Of a stretch of DNA of 34,730 nt, positions 6,776 through 15,111 are shown piece by piece. The first letter of the stretch is position 1. Each line of letters starts with the position of its first letter. Source of the DNA: a virus (Duplodnaviria > Caudoviricetes); the IMG/VR virus record IMGVR_UViG_3300046779_000101, positions 1 through 34,730 of that record. One strand, given 5' to 3'. Below the pieces are notes generated by a model that did no database searches, was not told the DNA's origin, and saw only the letters and a program-made list of their open reading frames with translations. The translations under genes and the position numbers were made by a program.

Positions 6776-7423
6776 ATGCCAACCCTAGCCGACATTTACA
6801 GCGCCATCAACACAGCCAAACGCAAAGGCACTGACTTTATTCAAAACCCTGGCACAAGTCTGGCTCAAATGTTGGGCAATGCGAATGACCGAGCAAGGGC
6901 GTTTAATGAGTTAAACAGACAGGCGGCAGAAGAAACAATTGCGGCGCGTGACCCTTTTGCTAATGGGCCAGCCAACCAAGAATTGTTAAGAACTATGTCG
7001 AGTGCTTACAATCCCGCCGGCATAACTTTTTTAACTGGGAAACCAATAACTTTTCCGTTTATTAAAAACACCCAAAAAGCGCCACAATTACAAAAATATG
7101 GTGAAGATAGATTTGGACAAGCTATTGAGCCGCATGGCAATTACATAACAAGTGCCCACGATGTGGATGTGACCAAATTGCCAGAAAACTACATTCATGG
7201 CAGCATGGAATTTAAAAATCCTTTGGTCATTGATTGGGGCAAGTCTGGTTTATACACAGAACCTGACAACTGGAAACAAGTTCTTTCAAAGCAATATGGC
7301 GGTAAAAAAGGCAAAGCCTTATCCAAAGCAATTGCTAAAGATGGCTATGACGGCATAGTTACCATGAAAGAAAATGAACCATCCGAAATTGTAGATTTAT
7401 CACGATTTTTTACACCCAAATGA
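6776..7423 (+). CDS. hypothetical protein with probable C-terminal ADP-ribosyltransferase-like (ART-PolyVal-type) domain
   Basis: GNYIT...FKNPLVI...GYDGIV...EPSEIVDL pattern; GAGG RBS. Confidence 0.5.
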   Translation: MPTLADIYSAINTAKRKGTDFIQNPGTSLAQMLGNANDRARAFNELNRQAAEETIAARDPFANGPANQELLRTMSSAYNPAGITFLTGKPITFPFIKNTQKAPQLQKYGEDRFGQAIEPHGNYITSAHDVDVTKLPENYIHGSMEFKNPLVIDWGKSGLYTEPDNWKQVLSKQYGGKKGKALSKAIAKDGYDGIVTMKENEPSEIVDLSRFFTPK

Positions 7424-7848
7424 CAGAAACCCAAGAAAAGCGCCCCGTAGGTCGCCCAAGCCTATATGACCCTGCCTATTGTGAGCAGGTAATAGAGCTT
7501 GGCAAGATCGGCAAGTCAACTGAGGCTATTGGTGCTATTCTTGGCGTGGGGACTAAAACTTTATACAACTGGCGCGATCAATATCCAGAATTTTTACACG
7601 CCTTAGAGTTAGCCAAAGAGTTTGAACTGCAATGGTGGGAAGATATTGCCCAAACTCACATGGTTGAGAACAAAGAAAGCGACAAATTGAACGCAACGAT
7701 TTGGTCGCGTAGCATGGCTGCTAGATTCCCTAAAAAGTATCGTGAGAGCGTCAAACAAGAGATTACAGGGGCAGAGGGTGCGCCTTTGCTTCAAGGGATT
7801 CAAGTTACTTTTGTCAAACCTGAAAATCGGTCTGATGACGCTGGATAA
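7420..7848 (+). CDS. terS: terminase small subunit
   Basis: GRPSLYDP, HTH with TLYNWRDQYPEF, EITGAEGAPL tail; upstream of terL. Confidence 0.85.
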   Translation: MTETQEKRPVGRPSLYDPAYCEQVIELGKIGKSTEAIGAILGVGTKTLYNWRDQYPEFLHALELAKEFELQWWEDIAQTHMVENKESDKLNATIWSRSMAARFPKKYRESVKQEITGAEGAPLLQGIQVTFVKPENRSDDAG

Positions 7849-7860
7849 ACGTAACCAGCA

Positions 7861-8040
7861 CTAACACGCATGGGGATTGTCAGGGGCTTAAAACCTCTGC
7901 GGTGGTCGCAACCTGCCACTGTAAATTCGGTAGTCCTCAGCCGTGTTAGGTGTTAAGCCAGCAATCGAGGATGTTGACGCAAGCAGTTTTCTGGCTTTCC
8001 TGTTTGCCTAGTTGAAAACCGAATCGTGCCTGACAGCCTA
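7861..8040 (+). ncRNA. candidate two-domain structured RNA between terS and terL
   Basis: Stems 7861-7868/7942-7949, 7871-7879/7931-7939, 7881-7886/7894-7899, 7900-7905/7916-7921, 7979-7986/8000-8007; pseudoknot-type pair 7955-7961/7991-7997. Confidence 0.5.
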
Positions 8041-8050
8041 TTGGAGAACA

Positions 8051-9337
8051 ATGGATTTAAAAGATGCAATCGCTAAAGCTCAGTTTCCTTACAAACTGGC
8101 TTGCCTGTTCGACCCGCCAAAAGCTCGGTATCGTGTGCTTTATGGTGGGCGTGGCGGCGCTAAGTCTTGGGGTGTTGCTAGAGCACTACTAATCAAGGGT
8201 GCTAAAGACTGCCTACGCATCCTGTGCGCCCGTGAGTTTCAGACCTCAATTAAGGATTCAGTCCACAAGCTGCTGTGCGACCAGATCACCGACCTTGGCC
8301 TGACCGCCTTTTACGAGATAACCCAAACATCAATCCGTGGCAAGAACGGCACAGAGTTCAGCTTTGTCGGCCTGAAGAACAATGTGGCCAACGTCAAATC
8401 CTACGAAGGTGTGGACATTTGTTGGGTTGAGGAAGCGCAAACGACAAGCCGATTAAGCTGGAATGTGCTTATCCCGACCATCCGAAAGCAAGACTCAGAG
8501 ATTTGGGTGACCTTTAACCCTGAGTTGGAGAGTGATGAGACTTACCAAAGGTTTGTGCTAAACCCACCCGAGGGCGCGGTAGTCCAGAAGATCAATTGGT
8601 CGGATAACCCTTGGTTTCCTGAAACGCTGGAAGTTGAGAAGAACCAACTGAAGATGCGCGACCCCGAATCCTATAACGTGGTTTGGGAAGGTTTATGCAG
8701 GCAGACTGTTGACGGGGCTGTGTTTGCCAAGGAAATGCAATTGGCTGAGTTGGATGGGCGTATCACAAGGGTCAATTACGACATGACCAAGCCTGTCCAC
8801 GCAATATTTGACTTAGGTTGGTCTGACGCTACGGCTATTTGGTTTCTCCAGTTTGTGGGCATGGAAACCCGCTTGATTCGCTACATTGAGGGCAATCAGC
8901 AGACCATGAGCGAATACCTGGCCAAGATGCAGACATTTGGGTATATCTACGACACCTTGTGGTTACCGCATGACGCTGAGAACAAGACTCTAGCGGGGAA
9001 CGGGCGAAGCATTGAGGAAATCGTCAGGGCGGCAGGCTACAAGACCAAGATTATTCCAAAGACACCGATTATGGACTCGATCAACGCTGCCCGAACAATC
9101 TTCCGCAATTGCTGGTTTGACCGCGAGAACTGCCACGAGGGGCTTCAATGCCTGCGTCACTATCGTTACGATGTTGACCCTGACACAAAGCAGTTCAGCA
9201 GAACGCCAGTACACGACAACTATTCACACGGCGCTGACGCATTCAGGTATATCGGCCTGATGGTTAACGAACCCCGACAACGCCCAAGAGCAAAGCCAAT
9301 CCAGAACTATGGTGGAATGAACGCTTGGATGGGATAA
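8051..9337 (+). CDS. terL: terminase large subunit (PBSX/Terminase_3 family)
   Basis: Walker A YGGRGGAKS, Walker B CWVEEA, TFNP, DLGWSD, HGADAFRY; GGAG RBS before ATG 8051. Confidence 0.95.
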   Translation: MDLKDAIAKAQFPYKLACLFDPPKARYRVLYGGRGGAKSWGVARALLIKGAKDCLRILCAREFQTSIKDSVHKLLCDQITDLGLTAFYEITQTSIRGKNGTEFSFVGLKNNVANVKSYEGVDICWVEEAQTTSRLSWNVLIPTIRKQDSEIWVTFNPELESDETYQRFVLNPPEGAVVQKINWSDNPWFPETLEVEKNQLKMRDPESYNVVWEGLCRQTVDGAVFAKEMQLAELDGRITRVNYDMTKPVHAIFDLGWSDATAIWFLQFVGMETRLIRYIEGNQQTMSEYLAKMQTFGYIYDTLWLPHDAENKTLAGNGRSIEEIVRAAGYKTKIIPKTPIMDSINAARTIFRNCWFDRENCHEGLQCLRHYRYDVDPDTKQFSRTPVHDNYSHGADAFRYIGLMVNEPRQRPRAKPIQNYGGMNAWMG

Positions 9338-9371
9338 TGGCATAAAATCGCCGCATATTTAAGGACTTGCT

Positions 9372-11480
9372 ATGGCAAAAGATACGGTTGGTGACCCAAG
9401 AATTGACGAGGCTAAACAGTTCCTCAAGTTAGCCAATGACGCTGACACCATGAACCGCCAAGAGGCGCTAGAAGATATGAAGTTTGTGGGCGGTGAGCAA
9501 TGGCCTGTTGAACTTCAGAACTCACGCAATCTTGAATCCCGCCCTGTCCTGACCATTAACAAGTTAGATGGTTATTGCCGTCAGGTGGTCAACCAGATCA
9601 AACAACAGCGACCCCGCCCCAAAGTTCACGGCATGAACTCACAAGCTGACGAAAAGACCGCCCAAGTTATTCAGGGCATTATTCGTCACATTGAGGCTAA
9701 TTCCCGCGCTGATAACGCCTATGACACCGCCGCTGACTACGCTGTTCGCATGGGTTGGGGCTATATCCGACTTCGCACCGATTACGTTTCGCCTGACTCA
9801 TTCGATCAGGAAATTTACATTGATGCTGTGGATAACCCATTTACCGTCTATTACGACATTAACTCGGTTGCCCCCGATGGTTCAGACGCAGAACGTTGTT
9901 TAATTACAACAATGATGCCCAAGAGCGAGTTTGAGAAGCTCTACCCTGATTCCGACACTATGTCGTTTACCCAACGGGGTACAGGTGACAGCCAATCCGA
10001 GTGGATTACCAAGGAAGATATTCGCCTTGCCGAGTATTACTACACCGTCAAAGAGAAGGCAACCCTGTATCTTTTGAGCGATGGTTCATCCACTTTTGCT
10101 GATGACAAGGACTTCTTCAATCGTTTGGAAGCCGTTGGCGTGACTGTGGTCGATCAACGGGATTCCTACAAGAAAACTGTGAAGTGGTGCAAATTGACAG
10201 CCTGCGAGATTCTTGAGGAAAGAACCTTGCCAGGCCGCTATATCCCTGTCGTTCCTGTGATGGGTCGCCATATCGTTGTGGGTGACAAACGCCACAAGTT
10301 CGGCATGGTGCGCTACGCCAAAGACCCACAGCGTATGTATAACTTCTGGCAAACCAGCATGACCGAATCAATCGCACTCGCACCAAAGGCGAAGTGGTTG
10401 ATGGCTGAAGGCCAAGACGAAGGCCACGAAAACGATTGGGCGCAGGCTAACGTTAAATCCTTCCCATTGCTGCGTTACAAGCAGACCGACATTGAGGGTC
10501 GCCCCGCGCCTACCCCAACCCGTTTGCAACCAGAACCACCACCAACAGGTATCTTGGCTGCGACCGAGACAATCGACCTTGACATGAAGATGATGATGGG
10601 CGTGTTTGACCCTGCCCAACTGCGACAAGGCAATGTGTCTGGTAAGGCTCTGAACGGCCAAATTCAGCAGATGGATTTGTCCAACTTTGACTTCTACGAC
10701 AACCTTACAAAGTCACAAGCACAAGTCGCCCGAATCATCCTTAACTGGATTCCACAAGTGTATGACACTCAGCGCGTCATGCGAATCATTGGTGACGACA
10801 ACAAACCCGAGACTATCACCATCAACGAGCGTGATGCTGTGGGTCGTGTTATGAACGATGTGACTGTTGGCCTCTACGATGTGGTGATGGATACAGGGCC
10901 TGGCTATAACTCAAGACGCGAAGCCGCTGTTGAGGCCATGACGCCTATCCTTTCACGTGACCCCAACCTGATGGCTCAGATTGGTGACTTGTGGTTTAGA
11001 AACCAAGATTTCCCTGGCGCTGACATCATTGCTGACCGCTTGGCCACACTCAACCCGCTGGCTCAGATTGACGAGAAATCGGACATTCCCCCGCAAGCTC
11101 AAATGGCCATCAAGCAATTGCAGACGCAACTCCAGCAGGCTCAACAGCAAATGCAACAAATGCAAATGGCCATGAAACAGCGTCAGGACATTGAGCAAGT
11201 CAAGCAAAACAACGAGAACAAGCGCAAGTTGATGGATGTGACCGCTAGAGCGCACAACACCGAAACAATGGCAGAAGTCAGGGTAAATGACCAGAACACC
11301 CGTTCTATCACCAGCCAGAACAAGACCGAAATTGACGCAATTGTTCAACTTCTCCTGCACAACATGGACACCGCCAGATTGGTCAAAGAGATCGAGGCTA
11401 GAAACTTTGAGCAAGCGCAATACACTCAAATTGCGGCGCAAGACATTGACCAAGGCCAAAACCCATTGATGCAACAATAA
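9372..11480 (+). CDS. P22-like portal protein
   Basis: 702 aa after terL; GEQWP, RPVLTINKL, KDPQRMYN, SGKAL motifs; Gln-rich C-terminal coiled-coil barrel. Confidence 0.92.
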   Translation: MAKDTVGDPRIDEAKQFLKLANDADTMNRQEALEDMKFVGGEQWPVELQNSRNLESRPVLTINKLDGYCRQVVNQIKQQRPRPKVHGMNSQADEKTAQVIQGIIRHIEANSRADNAYDTAADYAVRMGWGYIRLRTDYVSPDSFDQEIYIDAVDNPFTVYYDINSVAPDGSDAERCLITTMMPKSEFEKLYPDSDTMSFTQRGTGDSQSEWITKEDIRLAEYYYTVKEKATLYLLSDGSSTFADDKDFFNRLEAVGVTVVDQRDSYKKTVKWCKLTACEILEERTLPGRYIPVVPVMGRHIVVGDKRHKFGMVRYAKDPQRMYNFWQTSMTESIALAPKAKWLMAEGQDEGHENDWAQANVKSFPLLRYKQTDIEGRPAPTPTRLQPEPPPTGILAATETIDLDMKMMMGVFDPAQLRQGNVSGKALNGQIQQMDLSNFDFYDNLTKSQAQVARIILNWIPQVYDTQRVMRIIGDDNKPETITINERDAVGRVMNDVTVGLYDVVMDTGPGYNSRREAAVEAMTPILSRDPNLMAQIGDLWFRNQDFPGADIIADRLATLNPLAQIDEKSDIPPQAQMAIKQLQTQLQQAQQQMQQMQMAMKQRQDIEQVKQNNENKRKLMDVTARAHNTETMAEVRVNDQNTRSITSQNKTEIDAIVQLLLHNMDTARLVKEIEARNFEQAQYTQIAAQDIDQGQNPLMQQ

Positions 11481-11494
11481 ATTCGTGGTAAATT
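11466..11494 (+). promoter_or_regulatory. putative promoter TTGATG-N17-TAAATT (extended -10 TG) for scaffold/coat
   Basis: Hexamers with 17-nt spacing at the portal-scaffold junction. Confidence 0.45.
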
Positions 11495-11547
11495 AACCAC
11501 AAACCTTACCCGTGAGGTACACGGGGCAAATTCGGAGTGACAACGTA

Positions 11548-12432
11548 ATGTCTGAAAAACAAGCTAGTCAAGTATTGACAGGCGAAAACGCAGCGGAATT
11601 TTATGCAAACAGATTAGGTTTAGCTGAATCCCCGACTGAAGCCGTGGCCGAAGAAACATCGGAGCCGACAGAAGTTGAGGAACAGAGTGAACCTGAGGAA
11701 GCAGAAGCCGAAGCAAAACCACAGGAAGAAAAAAAGCAAAATCCTAAACTTGAACGGCGATTCTCGGAAATCACTAAGCAACGTGAAGAAGCGCGAAAAG
11801 AAGCGCAAGCAGAGCGTGAGCGTAGAGAGGCCCTAGAAGCGCGTTTGGCGGCACTTGAAACGCAATCTAAGCCTCAGGCTGTGGTTGCAGACCAAGAACC
11901 CCAACCTAGCCAATTCAACGATGCGTTTGAATACGCCAAAGCACTCGCAGAGTACACGGCTGACAAACGAATTGCTGAAATGAAGCAGGAAGAAGCGAAG
12001 GCCAAAGAAGCTGTTGAGCGCCAAAAGGTCATTGACCAATGGACTCAAAAGGTTCAAAAAGCCAAAGCCGAACTGCCTGATTTTGATGACATGGTTGCAT
12101 CAAGTGATGTGGTCGTAAATGACGACATTCGTGATGCGATTCTGGAGAGTGACGTAGGGCCTCAAGTCCTGTATCACCTAGCTGAAAACACAGACTATGC
12201 CAAAAAGATCGCTAGCATGAGCCCCAAACAGGCTCTGAGAGAAATAGGAAGGCTTGAGGCTAGGTTTGAAAAAACCGAAGAATCTAAACCTGTGGCTAAA
12301 AGTAAAGCACCAGCACCGATCAGCCCGATTCGGAGTTCTGGAAAAGCAGATTTGCCTATAAGCGCCAATGGCGAATTTCATGGGTCTTATCAGGCTTGGA
12401 AAGAAGCGAGAAAAGCGGGTCGGATTCGGTAA
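11548..12432 (+). CDS. scaffolding protein
   Basis: Acidic coiled-coil between portal and coat; GPQVLYHLA, SKAPAPISPI; GGAG RBS, start ATG 11548. Confidence 0.85.
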   Translation: MSEKQASQVLTGENAAEFYANRLGLAESPTEAVAEETSEPTEVEEQSEPEEAEAEAKPQEEKKQNPKLERRFSEITKQREEARKEAQAERERREALEARLAALETQSKPQAVVADQEPQPSQFNDAFEYAKALAEYTADKRIAEMKQEEAKAKEAVERQKVIDQWTQKVQKAKAELPDFDDMVASSDVVVNDDIRDAILESDVGPQVLYHLAENTDYAKKIASMSPKQALREIGRLEARFEKTEESKPVAKSKAPAPISPIRSSGKADLPISANGEFHGSYQAWKEARKAGRIR

Positions 12433-12460
12433 ACCTAATCTTTTTGAAAGAGACTAAAAA

Positions 12461-13717
12461 ATGTCAAACAATTTGCTAACCATTAGCAAGATCACCAACG
12501 AAGCGTTGATGGTCTTGGAAAACGAGTTGACCTTCACTTCTGAAGTTGACCGCAACTATGACGATCAGTTCGCTGTCGTGGGCGCCAAGATCGGTAACAC
12601 CGTGAACGTTCGCAAGCCTGGCCGCTTCATCGGTACTACTGGCCCTGCCCTGAATGTTGAAGATTTCAACGAAACCAGCGTTCCCGTGACCTTGAGCACA
12701 CAATTCCACGTTGACACCCAATTCACCACACAAGATTTGGCTTTGTCTTTGGATATGTTCTCTGACCGCGTGTTGAAACCCGCTATCGCTGCAATCGCCA
12801 ACAAGATTGACCGTGATGGTATGGCTATGGCCGTGGCACAGACTGCCAACATCGTTGGTACTGCTGGCGTTGTTCCTACCGAATTACTGACCTACTTGAC
12901 CGCAGGCGCATATTTGGACAGCGAAGGCGCACCCCGTGATGGCCGCCGTTCATGTATCGTTGAACCCTTTACTTCTGCTTCCATCGTGAACAGCTTGAAA
13001 GGTTTGTTCGTTCCTCAAGAAGCCATTGCCGCTCAATACCGTAAAGGTTTGATGGGTCGTGACTCTGGTGGTATGAACTGGAAACTCGATCAGAACGTTG
13101 TGTCACAAACTTTCGGTGACAACAGCACCGACACCGTGACCGCTTCTGTGAACACCACCACAGCTACTGGTTTCTTGACTAGCGGTTGGGCTTCTAGCTC
13201 TACCATCAGCGTGACTGCTGCCAACACAGGTATCATCAACCTGAACGCTGGTGACGTTATCACTATTGATGGTGTGTTCGCTGTCAACCCACAAAACCGC
13301 CAACCTTACGGCTCTAACAAGCTGCGTAACTTCGTGGTTAAGACAACCGTGGCGATTTCGTCTGGTTCGTCTGGCAACGTGGTTGTGTCGCCTGCCGTTA
13401 TCACCGCTGGTCAATTCCAGAACGTGAGCATCCCCACCACTTCTAGCACCGCTGCTGTAACTCAGTTCAACAAGACTGGTGTTGTGTCTGCTCAGAACAT
13501 CATCATGCACAAGAATGCTTTCACTTTGGCTGTGGCCGATTTGGAATTGCCAGAAGGTGTGCATTTTGCTGGTCGTGCAAGCGATAAAGAGATTGGTCTG
13601 TCAATGCGTGTTGTGCGTCAGTACACCATCAACAACGACAGCATCCCAACTCGCTTGGATGTGCTCTACGGTTGGGCCCCGCTCTACCCCGAATTGGCTT
13701 GCCGCGTTGCAGCCTAA
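12461..13717 (+). CDS. major capsid protein, P22 coat (gp5) family
   Basis: MSNNLLT..ITNEALMVLEN, KIGNTVNVRKP, RLDVLYGW motifs. Confidence 0.93.
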   Translation: MSNNLLTISKITNEALMVLENELTFTSEVDRNYDDQFAVVGAKIGNTVNVRKPGRFIGTTGPALNVEDFNETSVPVTLSTQFHVDTQFTTQDLALSLDMFSDRVLKPAIAAIANKIDRDGMAMAVAQTANIVGTAGVVPTELLTYLTAGAYLDSEGAPRDGRRSCIVEPFTSASIVNSLKGLFVPQEAIAAQYRKGLMGRDSGGMNWKLDQNVVSQTFGDNSTDTVTASVNTTTATGFLTSGWASSSTISVTAANTGIINLNAGDVITIDGVFAVNPQNRQPYGSNKLRNFVVKTTVAISSGSSGNVVVSPAVITAGQFQNVSIPTTSSTAAVTQFNKTGVVSAQNIIMHKNAFTLAVADLELPEGVHFAGRASDKEIGLSMRVVRQYTINNDSIPTRLDVLYGWAPLYPELACRVAA

Positions 13718-13772
13718 TTGACAATGGGGGCTAATCACCCCCGTCATTAAACTTTTTTTAAGGAAATTCAAA

Positions 13773-14006
13773 ATGGCTAATCCAGGACCAGCATCCACCC
13801 AAACCCCCGTTTATTTGCTTGATGGCAATGCCGCTGATGGCGTTTTGCTTGGCATCGCGGGTGGCAAACTCGGTTTCTACGGCGAAACTCCCGTTGTTCA
13901 AGCAGGCGCAATCACCGCATTGACCGCAGGCCCAACAACTGCTGAATTCGTTGCAGCAACTAACGCTATCATTACAGCACTCAAAAACATCGGCGTGACA
14001 GCTTAA
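13773..14006 (+). CDS. small putative head decoration/structural protein
   Basis: Strong AAGGA RBS right after coat, before the terminator; KLGFYGETPVVQ motif. Confidence 0.6.
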   Translation: MANPGPASTQTPVYLLDGNAADGVLLGIAGGKLGFYGETPVVQAGAITALTAGPTTAEFVAATNAIITALKNIGVTA

Positions 14007-14024
14007 TTTTTGTAGTTGCCTTTG

Positions 14025-14060
14025 CGCCCTCTGAGTAAAATCAGGGGGCGTTTTCTTTTT
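14025..14060 (+). terminator. rho-independent terminator
   Basis: cgccctctga/tcagggggcg stem followed by ttttcttttt. Confidence 0.85.
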
Positions 14061-14073
14061 GTGAAGGAAAAAG

Positions 14074-14736
14074 ATGAAACACGTGATGATTGCTATCCCC
14101 GCCTATACGGGAGTGGTTCACATGGGGACTATGCGGGCCCTGATAAACGACACCTTAGAGTTGGTCAAAAGGGGTGACCGCTTTACCTTGGTTGACGATA
14201 TTGGCAATGCTCTGATAGCTGATAGCCGAGGCGTGATAGCCACTCGATTTTGGGAATCCGACTGTGATGACCTGATTTTTGTGGATTCGGATGTGACTTG
14301 GCAGGCTGGTGCGTTGCTTAAATTGGTAGACGCGCCTGTTGATTTGGTGGCGGGTGTTTACCCTGCTAGGCGTGACCCAATCAGCTACCCGCTTCACTAT
14401 TTGGAGAAGGAAGAACTGTGGGCTGACCCCGAAACAATGCTTTTAGAAGTCAAGTCTGTGGCCACGGGGTTTATGAAGATTAGCCGAAATTGCATCGCCA
14501 AGATGATTGAGGCTTATCCCGAGAAACATTACTACACCGCAGAGAGAGACAAGCAGTTCTATCCATTGTTTGACCATGTGTTTGAAGATGGGTATAAATG
14601 GGGTGAGGATTACAGCTTCTGTATCCGCTGGAGAAATATCGGGGGGCAGGTTTGGATTGACCCTGAGATTGCAATGGGCCACGTTGGGTATAAAATCTTC
14701 CAAGGGCATCTAGGAAATTACCTTAGAAATAGGTAA
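14074..14736 (+). CDS. GT-A fold (GT2-like) glycosyltransferase
   Basis: VMIAIPAY, FVDSD (DxD), ATGFMKISR, GEDYSFC motifs. Confidence 0.8.
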   Translation: MKHVMIAIPAYTGVVHMGTMRALINDTLELVKRGDRFTLVDDIGNALIADSRGVIATRFWESDCDDLIFVDSDVTWQAGALLKLVDAPVDLVAGVYPARRDPISYPLHYLEKEELWADPETMLLEVKSVATGFMKISRNCIAKMIEAYPEKHYYTAERDKQFYPLFDHVFEDGYKWGEDYSFCIRWRNIGGQVWIDPEIAMGHVGYKIFQGHLGNYLRNR

Positions 14737-14766
14737 AATTTGTCCATTCTTTGCAAAGGAAAAAAT

Positions 14767-15102
14767 ATGTCAACTCCTTTTCGCGTAGTGGGCCCAACCG
14801 TAGCGGTTTCGGCTGGCGCTACCGCCACAACTGAGCGTCTGGTAAACAACAATCCCAACATTCAATGTAACTTTGTGTCGCTGATTAACACAGGCGCTAC
14901 AAGCGTTGCTGTGAAGTTTGGCCCTACTGGTGTTGATGCACCTGTTTTGCCTGTGAGCGGCACAAATACTGGTGACTTTGTGTTGCCACCTTCAATGAAT
15001 GATGCGATTATGTTTGCCGTTCCAACCACTCCCACTTATGTGCGAATGATTGGCTCTGCTGCTGGCCCTTCAATCGTTTACGTTACCCCCATCGCGTTTT
15101 AA
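14767..15102 (+). CDS. putative virion structural protein (beta-rich)
   Basis: AAGGA RBS before ATG 14767; beta-strand-rich; in morphogenesis operon. Confidence 0.6.
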   Translation: MSTPFRVVGPTVAVSAGATATTERLVNNNPNIQCNFVSLINTGATSVAVKFGPTGVDAPVLPVSGTNTGDFVLPPSMNDAIMFAVPTTPTYVRMIGSAAGPSIVYVTPIAF

Positions 15103-15111
15103 GGGGGCTTC

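Noticed and set aside
7832-7860. CTGATGA followed by a gctgg/ccagc hairpin, suggesting a hammerhead ribozyme
   Set aside because: No GAAA after stem II and no stem III/NUH arrangement; the CTGATGA lies in terS coding sequence
7861-7949. tRNA-like multibranch fold
   Set aside because: No T-loop GTTCRA in a proper arm, no D-loop/anticodon geometry, no CCA; I recognised no tRNA gene in the window
13719-13760. ggggg/ccccc hairpin after the coat gene as a terminator
   Set aside because: The U-tract is separated from the stem by several bases and a clearer terminator follows at 14025-14060; at most a weak attenuator
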